From assembly GCA_964600225.1 (NCBI GenBank), contig CAZRIT010000003.1:13400-77399 (forward strand): a stretch of 64,000 nt of DNA. The letters run 5' to 3'. The notes beneath the pieces were generated by a model. The model made no database searches. It was not told the origin of the DNA and worked only from the letters and a program-made list of their open reading frames with translations. This stretch comes from an uncultured Oscillospiraceae bacterium (lineage in GTDB: Bacteria; Bacillota; Clostridia; Christensenellales; CAG-138). Shown piece after piece: positions 42,776 through 53,664 of this stretch. Made by a program: the position numbers and the translations under genes. Every line of letters begins with the position of its first letter. The first letter of the stretch is position 1.

Positions 42776-45016
42776 CTATTTTTCGAGCGTTTTGCGGCAC
42801 AGCCGCTTGAGCCTCAGCGCATTGGAAACCACCGTGACGCTCGACAGGCTCATGGCCAACGCCGCGATCATGGGCGACAGCAGCGGCCCGCCGAACGCAT
42901 ACAGCACGCCCGCCGCGACGGGGATGCCCACGCAGTTGTAAAAGAACGCCCAGAACAGGTTTTGCCGTATGACGCGCATGGTGACGGCGCTGACGGTGAG
43001 CGCGTGCGCCACGCTCACAAGCTCCTGCCGCATCAACACGATATCCGCGCTCTCCAGCGCCACATCCGTGCCCGCGCCGATGGCAAACCCCACATCGGCC
43101 GTGGCCAGCGCGGGCGCATCGTTGACGCCGTCGCCCACCATGCCGACCTTGCCGTAGCGCTGCTTTAGGCTTTGGATGGCCTCGGCCTTTTTATCGGGCG
43201 TGACGGAGGCGGAAACCTCCGCAATGCCCGCGCGCGCGGCGATGGCTGCGGCGGTGTGCGCGTTGTCGCCCGTAATGAGCACGCTCCGCACGCCCATGCC
43301 GCTGAGCCGTCGGATGACGTCCGCCGCGTCGGGCTTGATGGTATCGGAAACGGCCATGGCGCCAAGGTAGCGTTCGTCCGCGGAGAGATACACCACGGTT
43401 TTGCCCTGCCGCTCCAACGGCTCGGTCTGCGCCGAGGCCGCGTTGGCGATAAACGCTGCGTTGCCCACGCGAATGGCCTTGCCGCCGACCGTCGCCGTGG
43501 CCCCGAAGCCGCTGACGGCCCGGAACCGCTCGCAGGGCAGCAGCGGGATGCTTTCCGAAAGCGCATACGCGATGATGGCCTGCCCCACAGGATGCTCACT
43601 GCCCGATTCCGCGGAGGCAAACAGCTGTATAAACGTTGCCCGATCCATGCCGTCAACGGGCAGCACATCGGTCACGGAGGGCTTGCCGACGGTCAGGGTG
43701 CCCGTTTTATCAAAGGCCAGCACGCGCAAACCGTGCGCCGTCTCCAGCGCCTCGCCGCTTTTGATGAGGATGCCGTGCTCGGCTGCGGCGCCCGTGCCGA
43801 CCATGATGGCCGTGGGCGTGGCAAGGCCCAGCGCGCACGGGCACGCGATGACCAGCACGGATACAAACACCGTCAGTACAAAGCCGATGCTTTCGCCCGC
43901 AATGGCCCAGCAGACGGCGGCAAGCAGCGCAATGCCGATGACCGTGGGCACGAAGATGCCCGCAATTTGATCCGCCAGACGGGAAACGGGGGCCTTGCTG
44001 CCCTGCGCTTCCTCCACCAGGCGTATCATGGAGGCCAGCGTGGTATCGCTGCCCACGCGGTCGCACACAAAGGTAAAGGAGGTGTTGAGGTTGATGCTGC
44101 CGCCCGTCACGCGGTCGCCCACGCCCTTTTCCACGGGCATGCTTTCGCCCGTCAGCATGCTTTCGTCCACATGCGCGCTGCCGCTGTCGATCATGCCGTC
44201 CACGGGGATGCGTTCGCCCGGCCGCACCAGGATGCGGTCGCCCGGCAACAGCTTGGCAACGGCGATGGTCCGTTCGCCGTCCTCGGCAATCACCGTGGCG
44301 TGCTCGGGCGCAAGCTGCATCATGCGTTCCACCGCGTCGCCCGTCTTTCGCTTGCTGCGCGCTTCAAAGAGCTTGCCGAGCATCACCAGCGCAATGATGA
44401 CCCCCGCCGATTCCCAGTACATATCGTGCACGGCGGCGGCGTTGCCGTTGAGTACGCGCACGAACGAGAAAGCCGAAAACACGATGGCCGACAACGTGCC
44501 CACCGCCACGAGGGAATCCATGTTGGGATGCAGCCCGAACAGGGCGCGAAAGCCGTTGGTGTAGAAGCTTCCGCCCGCAATGAGGATCGGGATCAGGCAC
44601 GCAATCTGCAACAGCGTGTACGCCACGGGCGACGTGTGCATGCTCACGGGCGTTGGCAGGCCGACCATGGGGCCCATCGACAGGTAGAACAGCGGGATGG
44701 CACAGGCGATGGCCACGGTGGCGCGGCGCGATTGGCGGTTGAGCGCCAGCTCGCGCTCCCTGCGATCGCTCACGGATTGCGACACCGCGTCGGTAATCAG
44801 CGCGCAGGTAAAGCCCGCTTTCTCTACGGCCGCCGCAACGGCCTCGTCATCGGGCGAGCTGCTGCGCACGCGCATATGCTCCGTGGCCAGATTGACGCTG
44901 ACGGCGTCCACATCGGCCAAACGGCTGACGGCGCGCTCCACTGCCGCCGAGCAGGCCGCGCAGTGCATGCCGCCGATTTTATAGGAGCGGATATCGATGT
45001 CGGATGGTTGTTTCAT
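42776..45016 (-). CDS. copA: copper-translocating P1B-type ATPase
   Basis: HMA '[15 protein letters not shown]', '[10 protein letters not shown]', 'DKTGTLT', '[10 protein letters not shown]'. Confidence 0.95.
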   Translation of the reverse strand: MKQPSDIDIRSYKIGGMHCAACSAAVERAVSRLADVDAVSVNLATEHMRVRSSSPDDEAVAAAVEKAGFTCALITDAVSQSVSDRRERELALNRQSRRATVAIACAIPLFYLSMGPMVGLPTPVSMHTSPVAYTLLQIACLIPILIAGGSFYTNGFRALFGLHPNMDSLVAVGTLSAIVFSAFSFVRVLNGNAAAVHDMYWESAGVIIALVMLGKLFEARSKRKTGDAVERMMQLAPEHATVIAEDGERTIAVAKLLPGDRILVRPGERIPVDGMIDSGSAHVDESMLTGESMPVEKGVGDRVTGGSINLNTSFTFVCDRVGSDTTLASMIRLVEEAQGSKAPVSRLADQIAGIFVPTVIGIALLAAVCWAIAGESIGFVLTVFVSVLVIACPCALGLATPTAIMVGTGAAAEHGILIKSGEALETAHGLRVLAFDKTGTLTVGKPSVTDVLPVDGMDRATFIQLFASAESGSEHPVGQAIIAYALSESIPLLPCERFRAVSGFGATATVGGKAIRVGNAAFIANAASAQTEPLERQGKTVVYLSADERYLGAMAVSDTIKPDAADVIRRLSGMGVRSVLITGDNAHTAAAIAARAGIAEVSASVTPDKKAEAIQSLKQRYGKVGMVGDGVNDAPALATADVGFAIGAGTDVALESADIVLMRQELVSVAHALTVSAVTMRVIRQNLFWAFFYNCVGIPVAAGVLYAFGGPLLSPMIAALAMSLSSVTVVSNALRLKRLCRKTLEK

Positions 45017-45082
45017 ACGGTCAGTATACCATGATTAAACAGGATGTTCTCCTGATTTCACATTTTCGTTGCATTTTTTGAA

Positions 45083-45110
45083 TTGACTTGAAGCAACCTC
45101 GTGCTATAAT
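45083..45110 (+). promoter_or_regulatory. sigma-A-type promoter TTGACT-16-TATAAT for groESL
   Basis: Hexamers read directly, immediately upstream of CIRCE. Confidence 0.6.
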
Positions 45111-45121
45111 AGGGAACGTGG

Positions 45122-45148
45122 TTAGCACTCAATCAAAACGAGTGCTAA
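45122..45148 (+). promoter_or_regulatory. CIRCE operator (HrcA binding site)
   Basis: TTAGCACTC-AATCAAAAC-GAGTGCTAA is a perfect match to TTAGCACTC-N9-GAGTGCTAA. Confidence 0.9.
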
Positions 45149-45197
45149 CAAAACCCTTTTCGATATAGAATATCAAATACAGGAGGCTTCAACGAAT

Positions 45198-45482
45198 ATG
45201 AAACTGAAACCATTGGCAGACCGTGTCGTGCTCAAGAGCATTGAAACGGAAGAGGTAACAAAGAGCGGCATCGTGCTGCCCGGTACGGCCAAGGAAAAGC
45301 CGCAGATGGCGGAAGTCATCGCAGTGGGCCCCGGCGGCGTGCTCGACGGCAAAGAGGTCAAGATGTACGTCAAGGCCGGCGAAAAGGTCATCTATTCCAA
45401 GTATGCCGGCACGGAAGTCAAGCTGGATAAGGAAGAGTTCATCGTTGTCCGCCAGAATGATATTCTGGCCGTAGTGGAATAA
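45198..45482 (+). CDS. groES: co-chaperonin GroES
   Basis: 'MKLKPLADRVVLKSIETEEVTKSGIVLPGTAKEKPQ'. Confidence 0.95.
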   Translation: MKLKPLADRVVLKSIETEEVTKSGIVLPGTAKEKPQMAEVIAVGPGGVLDGKEVKMYVKAGEKVIYSKYAGTEVKLDKEEFIVVRQNDILAVVE

Positions 45483-47135
<1,653 letters not shown>

Positions 47136-47180
47136 GAAACAGCGGTTGTTCGTAACCGCAGTCAAAATCGCATCAACACA

Positions 47181-47213
47181 AGGGCGGCCAATCGGCCGCC
47201 CTTTGCTGTCTTT
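47181..47213 (+). terminator. groEL terminator GGGCGGCC-AATC-GGCCGCCC + TTTGCTGTCTTTG
   Basis: 8-bp GC stem 46 nt after the stop, with a U-rich tail. Confidence 0.7.
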
Positions 47214-47243
47214 GCTGACTTACTCTTTTTGAAAAAAGAGTAA

Positions 47244-47517
47244 GCATACCGAGCAAATCCGAACCCGCCCAAACGGGCTGCATTGGCGGGGTTCTGCGTT
47301 CTCGTCGGTCGGAATAGCAACCGCTATGCCTTCCGCCTCGGCCTTGAACCCCATCCAATGCAGTTCGTTTGGGTTCAGGGAAGTTTGGCAGATGCAGGCG
47401 GCGTCATAGCAAGGCGGACGAAGGAGGCATACCCGGGGCGGTATTCCGACTGAGGACAACGCCGCCTATGGCGTTGCCTGTGCCATGCAAACCATGGTTC
47501 GGATTCGCTCGGTGTGC
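47244..47517. repeat. 274-bp imperfect palindrome (two diverged inverted arms of about 105-135 bp around a roughly 60-nt centre)
   Basis: Hand-paired in three blocks. 47244-47265 pairs with 47496-47517 (22 positions, 1 mismatch, 1 G-T). 47296-47318 pairs with 47440-47462 (23 positions, 3 mismatches). 47325-47346 pairs with 47410-47431 (22 positions, 4 mismatches). Confidence 0.75.
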
Positions 47518-47606
47518 TTCAGCAGAAAAACTTCAGAAATAATCTTTGGCAGGGCAAGTGATGCAGAGGTATTTTTTCGCGGGTATTCCAAGGGCGCTTC
47601 ACATAT

Positions 47607-47872
47607 TGTCATTCTGAGGCGCGCTTTACAAACTGTCATTCTGAGGAGCGCTTTACATATTGTCATTCTGAGGCGCGAAGCGACGAAGAATCTTGCGTGT
47701 ACGCGTTGTCTGAAAGATTCCTCGACTACGCTCGGGATGATACGGTATAGGATGCCGTTTTGAGAGGCGAAGTTTCCTCATATCAGTCTGCGGCGCTTTT
47801 CGCTCTGTCATTCTCGGGAGCGCAGGTTTTATCATGTCATTCTGAGGCGCGAAGCGGTGAAGAATCTTGTCC
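47607..47872. repeat. intergenic hairpin-repeat cluster ('TGTCATTCTGAGG...GAAGAATCT' family): half units, full units and one inverted diverged unit
   Basis: Units start at 47607, 47634 and 47661 (27-bp period; the third is full length to 47696). Inverted copy 'AGATTCCTCGACTACGCTCGGGATGA' at 47715-47740. Partial unit at 47806. Full unit at 47835-47870. Confidence 0.75.
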
Positions 47873-47902
47873 CGCTGCAGCGGCGCAGCAACATTGCTTC
47901 CG

Positions 47903-48328
47903 TCAGGGCACGGCAGCCTCTGCATCCTGCCAGCCGATGCGGAAGCTGCCCGCGTGCCCATCCGCCGTCAGGCGCACGATCACGCTGCCGTCCGTTGTCA
48001 CGTCAAAGGCTGAGGTGGGGAGCGATTCCTCGAAAAACACCGTGTCGCCGTCGGCGTTGCGGATTTCCAAATTGAGCGTGCCCTGCATTGTTTCGATTTC
48101 CACATGCAGCACGGCGGGCGACGTGTTGGTTCGCAGCTTCCCTGTGCACAGACCGCTGAAGCGGGCATAGCGGGCCGACCAGCTTGACGCGGTTTTCTGC
48201 TCCGTCCAGCCGATGCGCACGGCGGAGCGGAACGAGCCAAACCCCAGCAGGTACAGCGCGCCGACCAGCGCGAGAATGGCCGCGACGAGCGCTGCGGTCC
48301 TTCCGATGGATTTTGGCTGCGTCTTCAT
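47903..48328 (-). CDS. hypothetical membrane-anchored protein (141 aa)
   Basis: N-terminal TM 'AALVAAILALVGALYLLGF' plus a beta-rich ectodomain. AAGGAG SD before ATG 48328. TTGACA-17-TATATT promoter at 48373-48401 (minus strand). Confidence 0.55.
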   Translation of the reverse strand: MKTQPKSIGRTAALVAAILALVGALYLLGFGSFRSAVRIGWTEQKTASSWSARYARFSGLCTGKLRTNTSPAVLHVEIETMQGTLNLEIRNADGDTVFFEESLPTSAFDVTTDGSVIVRLTADGHAGSFRIGWQDAEAAVP

Positions 48329-48492
48329 CCTTACCACTCCTTGCACAGGCCTTTTTGTCAGGCTATATAGTCAATATAGCGCGAACCGCCGATGCTGTCA
48401 ACAGCGTGCAATCGCCGTCCGCCGCACAAAAACAAACAGGAGCCTCCCGTGCGGGAAGCCCCTGCGCCAGGCTGCGGGGGATGCGGTGCGCG

Positions 48493-48936
48493 TTACCCGA
48501 CGGCAACGGTGCCGTCCTCGGAAACGGTGATGGCGTCGCCATCCTTGACGGTGGCGAGGAACTCGTCGCCCAATTGATCGATGACGGGCATGTCGGCATC
48601 CGTCCACACGGCGGCCAGAATACCGCCCGCGGCGGCGAGCGAATCGATGGATTTGCTAAACAGCATGCACCTTGGCTGCCTGCCCATGGCTGCGGCGGTG
48701 TAGAGCACCATGCCGCCCGTGGTGGAGCCGATGGTTTGCGGCAGGCACAGCGCGGTGCCGCGCATGGGCTTGCCGTACAGATCGGGGTTGTTCTGATCGG
48801 AGCAGGAAGCCTTCTTGTCGCCAAACATCAGCGCTTTTTGGAAGCTGGCCAGGGTGTTGAAGCCACCGTGGCTGACCAGCGCCGTGGCGGTTGCCGTGCC
48901 GGGCACGACGGGACGGCCTTGGAATGTTTTTGCCAT
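48493..48936 (-). CDS. aconitase X swivel-domain protein (DUF126)
   Basis: 'GRPVVPGTATATALVSHGGFN', 'LCLPQTIGSTTGGMVL'. Directly after the DUF521 gene. Confidence 0.8.
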   Translation of the reverse strand: MAKTFQGRPVVPGTATATALVSHGGFNTLASFQKALMFGDKKASCSDQNNPDLYGKPMRGTALCLPQTIGSTTGGMVLYTAAAMGRQPRCMLFSKSIDSLAAAGGILAAVWTDADMPVIDQLGDEFLATVKDGDAITVSEDGTVAVG

Positions 48937-48937
48937 G

Positions 48938-50218
48938 TTACTTGCCCCCCTTCGAGATCAGCTCGAGAATTTCGGCGTCGGTATGGTAGCGCGCGGTGGT
49001 GTAGGTGCGCAGCTTGTTGGAGTTGGTGATGACGGGCTGCTTGCCGCAGATGGGGTTGTTCATGTACATCAACGGGCAGATGTACGACAGCACCACGCCC
49101 ATGCCCCTGAGCTTTTGGGCGTCGGCGGTTTGTTCAAACGCTTTCTGCACGGCGGGCGCGGTGGTAAACACCGTGGGGATGGAAACCTTGGTGCGGCCGT
49201 TTTTTTGCAACGCGGCGGCCAGATCGCGCGTCCATTCCTTGAGCTGCTTTATGGTCATGTGCGGGCAGCCCACAAAACAGAGCTTTGGCGTGGCGGCGGG
49301 GTCCTTCCAGATGCACGGATACGAATCCCGCACGCGCTGCAGCTCGGCGTCGTCGATGACGTAGGTTTGGGCATTGGGCTCGATCAATGCAACGCCCTGT
49401 TCCAGCGCCTCGGGCGTGAGGCCCTCGATGTGGTACAATCCGACCGCGCCGTTGCTGGCTGTTGCCGCGCCGAAATCCTTGAGGTAGGCGCTGACGTCGT
49501 CGTCGATTTCCGTACCGATGAACCGGGTAAGACCCTTGATGTACGGCACGTCCTCCATGACCTTCATGCCGATGGCGCTGCCGAGAATCTGCGCCTCGGG
49601 CTTTTGGGTGGTTTTGATCTCCACCACCCAGGTGGCCTTGCGCCCCTCGTCGGTCAAAAGGCCGAAGTAGGGGATGTAGCCCGCGATGCTGCCGAACAGC
49701 TCGATGATGCCCGAGTTGCGGTTGCAGCGCGCGCCGAGCACGCTGTTGGCGTAGACCACGGCGCTGCTTTCCGCCCAGCTGAGCACATCGCCCTTCTTGG
49801 GCTTGTTGCCGACCTGATCCATGTAGCAAGCGCAGGTGTACGCATCGGAATTGATCAGGCCCAGATCGGCCAGCTGCTTGTCGTAGCGGTCCTGCGCGCC
49901 GTACATGAACTTGAACACCAGATCCTGCAGAAGGTTGGTGGGAATGTTCTTGTCCAGCGGCTTGGGATCGACGGAGAATTTCTGCTGTGAAATGGCGCCG
50001 TCGCGAATGAGCCGATCCATCATCTCGTACATGGGCTTCATCACCGAAAGGCCGAAGCTGGTGACGAGGTGGCCGTATTCGCTTGTGACGGGCACCATCC
50101 TTTCCGCGCCGAACGTTTCGCCGTACATCACGAGCGTTTTCATGACCTTGGCAATGGTTTCGCCCTTCGCCCCATCCAGCAGCGCCTGCTGCTCGGGGGT
50201 GAGCTGCATATGTGCCAT
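48938..50218 (-). CDS. aconitase X catalytic-domain protein (DUF521)
   Basis: 'LTPEQQALLDGAKGETIAKVMKTLVMYGETFGAERMVPVTS..GHLVTSFG', 'CFVGCPHMT'. Confidence 0.85.
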   Translation of the reverse strand: MAHMQLTPEQQALLDGAKGETIAKVMKTLVMYGETFGAERMVPVTSEYGHLVTSFGLSVMKPMYEMMDRLIRDGAISQQKFSVDPKPLDKNIPTNLLQDLVFKFMYGAQDRYDKQLADLGLINSDAYTCACYMDQVGNKPKKGDVLSWAESSAVVYANSVLGARCNRNSGIIELFGSIAGYIPYFGLLTDEGRKATWVVEIKTTQKPEAQILGSAIGMKVMEDVPYIKGLTRFIGTEIDDDVSAYLKDFGAATASNGAVGLYHIEGLTPEALEQGVALIEPNAQTYVIDDAELQRVRDSYPCIWKDPAATPKLCFVGCPHMTIKQLKEWTRDLAAALQKNGRTKVSIPTVFTTAPAVQKAFEQTADAQKLRGMGVVLSYICPLMYMNNPICGKQPVITNSNKLRTYTTARYHTDAEILELISKGGK

Positions 50219-50342
50219 CGTGTGTGCGCCTCCTTAATATTGTGTTATCGATCACTGTATATCTATAATGTATCAAATGCCATACCGTGTGTCAAGGAAT
50301 GTTGATTTTCTTTTCCCGCGTTTGTATGATATAATCCCGTTC

Positions 50343-51665
50343 ATGGAACGGGATACCAAAAAAGCGCAGCATATCCAAAGCGTATCGCACGGCTCCGCGG
50401 CTGCCAAGGAGGGCGTGCGCGGCGGCGAAAGCCTGCTTGCCGTGGACGGTACGCCCATTTTGGATGTGATTGATTATCAGTATTTGACCGCCTCCGAGCA
50501 CCTGACGCTGACCATTTTGGGCGCCGACGGCGCAGTGCGCACCGTGCCCATCGATAAGGAAGCGTACGAGCCCACGGGGCTGCAGTTTGACGGGGGCCTG
50601 ATGGACGGGATGCGGGTGTGCAAAAACCGCTGCATATTCTGCTTCATCGACCAGATGCCCGATGGCGTGCGTACCAGCTTGCATGTAAAGGACGACGACT
50701 GGCGCATGTCGTTTATCATGGGCAACTACATTTCCCTGACCAATGTGGACGAAGCGGAGCTGACGCGCATCATCGCGCGGCGCGTATCGCCCATCTATGT
50801 GTCGCTGCACGCATCCGACCCTGCCGTGCGTGTGCGGATGATGGCCAATAAAACCGCGGGCGACGTGATGGCAAAGCTCCGCCGTCTGGCCGATGCGGGG
50901 CTGAGCTTCCACCTGCAAATCGTGCTTTGCCCCGATATCAACGACGGCAAGGTGCTGGAACGGACCATGGCCGATGCGGAATCGCTCATCCCATATGCCA
51001 AATCGCTCGCTATTGTGCCCGTGGGGCTGACGCGCTTTCGGGAGGGGTTGTATCCGCTGCGCGTCTTTACCGGGCAGGAGGCCAAGCGCCTTTGCGGGCA
51101 GATTGCCCAAAGGCAGGCGCACAATTGGGCGCGCTACGGCACGCGGTTTGTGTTTTTATCCGACGAGTGGTATTGCATGGCGGGCGTTTCGCTGCCCGAT
51201 TACGACGATTACGAGGACTTTGCGCAGATTGAAAACGGCGTGGGGCTGCTGCGGCTGTTTGAAAACGAGTTTACCGAGGCGCTGGTCGAACGGAGGAAGC
51301 TCCAAGGGAAGCGGCGGTTTTCCGCCGCAAGCGGCGTATCGGCACAGCCGTTTATGCAGGCGCTGTTTCAAAAGCTTGCGCCCTATGGCATAACGGTGGA
51401 GGTAACCCCGATCGTCAACCGCTATTTCGGCCCGACGGTAACCGTAAGCGGGCTGATTACGGGCATGGATTTGACCGCGCAGTTTGCGGGGCGCGATTTG
51501 GGCGAGGCGCTGCTGATACCAAGGAGCATGCTGCGTGAAAACGACGACGTATTTTTGGACAACATGACCGTAGGCGAGGCCGAGAAGCGGCTGGGGACGC
51601 GAATACTGCCGATTTGTGACGGCGAGGACATGATAGAAACCGTATTTGGGAGAATGAACGTATGA
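50343..51665 (+). CDS. DUF512 family protein (PDZ + radical-SAM-like core)
   Basis: '[29 protein letters not shown]' (PDZ-like), '[15 protein letters not shown]'. Conserved position upstream of der. Confidence 0.8.
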   Translation: MERDTKKAQHIQSVSHGSAAAKEGVRGGESLLAVDGTPILDVIDYQYLTASEHLTLTILGADGAVRTVPIDKEAYEPTGLQFDGGLMDGMRVCKNRCIFCFIDQMPDGVRTSLHVKDDDWRMSFIMGNYISLTNVDEAELTRIIARRVSPIYVSLHASDPAVRVRMMANKTAGDVMAKLRRLADAGLSFHLQIVLCPDINDGKVLERTMADAESLIPYAKSLAIVPVGLTRFREGLYPLRVFTGQEAKRLCGQIAQRQAHNWARYGTRFVFLSDEWYCMAGVSLPDYDDYEDFAQIENGVGLLRLFENEFTEALVERRKLQGKRRFSAASGVSAQPFMQALFQKLAPYGITVEVTPIVNRYFGPTVTVSGLITGMDLTAQFAGRDLGEALLIPRSMLRENDDVFLDNMTVGEAEKRLGTRILPICDGEDMIETVFGRMNV

Positions 51666-52984
51666 AACCTTTGGTAGCCATCGTGGGCAGGCCGAACGTC
51701 GGCAAATCCACACTCTTTAACCGCCTCATCGGCAAGCGCGTTGCCATTGTGGAGGATACCCCGGGCGTGACGCGCGACCGCATCTATGGCGATGCGGAGT
51801 GGCTCAGCCACGCCTTCACGCTCATCGATACGGGCGGCATCGAGCCCGCCAACGAGGATAAAATTGCCGTGCAGATGCTCAGGCAGGCGGAGCTGGCCAT
51901 TGAAACGGCCGACGTGATATTGTTCATGGTGGACGGGCGCGATGGCATGACAAGCGCCGACGAGGAGGTTGCGGCCATGCTTCGCCGCAGCAAAAAGCCC
52001 GTGGTGCTGGCCGTCAACAAGGTGGATACGCCCAAGTTTGAGGAAACGCGGTACGAGTTCTACGCGCTGGGGCTGGGCGAACCCATCACCATCTCGGGCG
52101 AGCAGGGCCTGGGACTGGGCGACCTGCTGGATGAAATCGTGAAGGACTTTCCCGATACGGCGGCGGATGCGGAAGAGGAACGCGTGCACATTGCAGTGGT
52201 CGGGCGGCCCAACGTCGGCAAATCCAGCCTGGTTAACGCCTTGCTTGGCGAGGAACGCACCATCGTCAGCGACGTGCCCGGCACCACCCGCGACGCCATC
52301 GATACGCCGTTTACCAAAAACGGCAGAGAGTATGTGCTTATCGATACCGCAGGCATCCGCCGCAAGCGCAGCATAGAGGACGACAGCATCGAGCGCTACA
52401 GCGTGATACGCTCCCTTTCGTCGGTGCGGCGCGCGGACGTGGTGCTGATCGTATGCGATGCGGCGGCGGGGCTGTCCGAGCAGGATGTGCGCATCGCGGG
52501 CTACGCGCACGAGGAGGGCAAGGCCGGCGTGCTGATTGTCAACAAGTGGGATCTGATCGAAAAGGATACCCACACGATGGATCAATTCAAGAAGGATCTG
52601 CTGACCGACCTGGCGTTTATGAGCTATGTGCCGATGCTGTTCATCTCCGCATTGAACGGGCAGCGCGTGGGCAGGGTGCTGGAGCTGGCTGACGAGGTGT
52701 ACGAGCAATCCTGCCGCCGCATCTCCACAGGCATGCTCAACGATGTCATCAACGAGGCCGTCGCCATGAAGGACCCGCCCTCGGACAAGGGCCGCAGGCT
52801 GAAGATCTATTATGCCACGCAGGCCTCCGTCAAGCCGCCGACGTTCATTGTGTTTGTCAACGACGCGGAGCTGATGCACTTTTCCTATGAACGGTATTTG
52901 GAAAACTATCTTCGCAAATCGTTCGGCCTGACGGGCACTCCCATCCGCACGATATTCCGCAGCAAGCGCAAGGAGGAAAACTAA
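51662..52984 (+). CDS. der: ribosome-associated GTPase Der (EngA)
   Basis: Two G-domains, '[14 protein letters not shown]' and '[14 protein letters not shown]', plus a KH-like C-domain. Confidence 0.95.
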   Translation: MKPLVAIVGRPNVGKSTLFNRLIGKRVAIVEDTPGVTRDRIYGDAEWLSHAFTLIDTGGIEPANEDKIAVQMLRQAELAIETADVILFMVDGRDGMTSADEEVAAMLRRSKKPVVLAVNKVDTPKFEETRYEFYALGLGEPITISGEQGLGLGDLLDEIVKDFPDTAADAEEERVHIAVVGRPNVGKSSLVNALLGEERTIVSDVPGTTRDAIDTPFTKNGREYVLIDTAGIRRKRSIEDDSIERYSVIRSLSSVRRADVVLIVCDAAAGLSEQDVRIAGYAHEEGKAGVLIVNKWDLIEKDTHTMDQFKKDLLTDLAFMSYVPMLFISALNGQRVGRVLELADEVYEQSCRRISTGMLNDVINEAVAMKDPPSDKGRRLKIYYATQASVKPPTFIVFVNDAELMHFSYERYLENYLRKSFGLTGTPIRTIFRSKRKEEN

Positions 52985-52986
52985 GT

Positions 52987-53589
52987 ATGGGCGTAACGAT
53001 TGGTAACATTGCACTGTGCGTGCTGGGGGGCTATCTGATCGGCAACATTCAAACGGCCATCATCGTCAGCAAGCTCTGGTTCCATGACGATGTGCGTAAG
53101 CACGGCAGCGGCAACGCGGGCTCCACCAACATGCTGCGCGTGTACGGCTGGGCGCCGGGTGTGATTACGTTCATCGGCGATTTCCTAAAGGGCTTCGGCG
53201 GCGCGTGTCTGGGCAGGTGGCTGATGGGGGACATGGGCGCGTACATTGCGGGCTTCTTTGTCATCATCGGGCATTGCTGGCCCGCGCTGGCCTCGTTTCG
53301 CGGCGGCAAGGGCGTGGCGTCCTCGTGCGGGCTGGCGTGCTTTGCGTTCCCGCTGGGCGCGGGCGCGGCGCTGGCCGTGGGGATTGTGCTGGCGTTTTTG
53401 ACCAAGACGGTTTCCATCATGTCACTGACGGCGATACTGCTGTTTTGCGTGATGGTCGTTATTTTTGAGGGCGGCAATATCCCCTTGGTCGTGCTGAGCG
53501 TGCTGATGGTGGCGGTGGTGTATATCCGCCATATCGATAACATCCGCCGATTGATTCGCGGCGAGGAGAAGCCTCTCAAAAAACTCTGA
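52987..53589 (+). CDS. plsY: glycerol-3-phosphate acyltransferase PlsY
   Basis: 'KHGSGNAGSTNMLRVYG', 'FRGGKGVA'. Confidence 0.9.
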   Translation: MGVTIGNIALCVLGGYLIGNIQTAIIVSKLWFHDDVRKHGSGNAGSTNMLRVYGWAPGVITFIGDFLKGFGGACLGRWLMGDMGAYIAGFFVIIGHCWPALASFRGGKGVASSCGLACFAFPLGAGAALAVGIVLAFLTKTVSIMSLTAILLFCVMVVIFEGGNIPLVVLSVLMVAVVYIRHIDNIRRLIRGEEKPLKKL

Positions 53590-53599
53590 CAAACCCATA

Positions 53600-53629
53600 G
53601 TCTATTGTAACCAAGCGCCTTCATATACT
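53600..53629 (+). promoter_or_regulatory. sigma-E-like promoter (G)TCTATTG-N14-CATATACT upstream of spoIVA
   Basis: Same -10 pattern as the spoIIIAA and dacB-like upstream regions, 35 nt before ATG 53665. Confidence 0.3.
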
Positions 53630-53664
53630 TGTATGGATTGATACGGGATAGAAGGAGGCTTGGC

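Noticed and set aside
42242-43168. 308-aa plus-strand ORF starting right after a TGTATAAT box.
   Set aside because: It is antisense to rpsT and copA, its translation is low-complexity, and the ATG is only 1 nt from the -10 box. It is spurious.
47244-47517. Long hairpin considered as SRP RNA (Bacillus-type, about 270 nt) or 6S RNA.
   Set aside because: The near-invariant SRP domain IV string (GGUCCGGAAGGAAGCAGC) is absent on both strands. The element is about 80 nt longer than typical 6S RNAs and lacks an obvious single large central bubble. Neither idea could be tested properly without covariance models.
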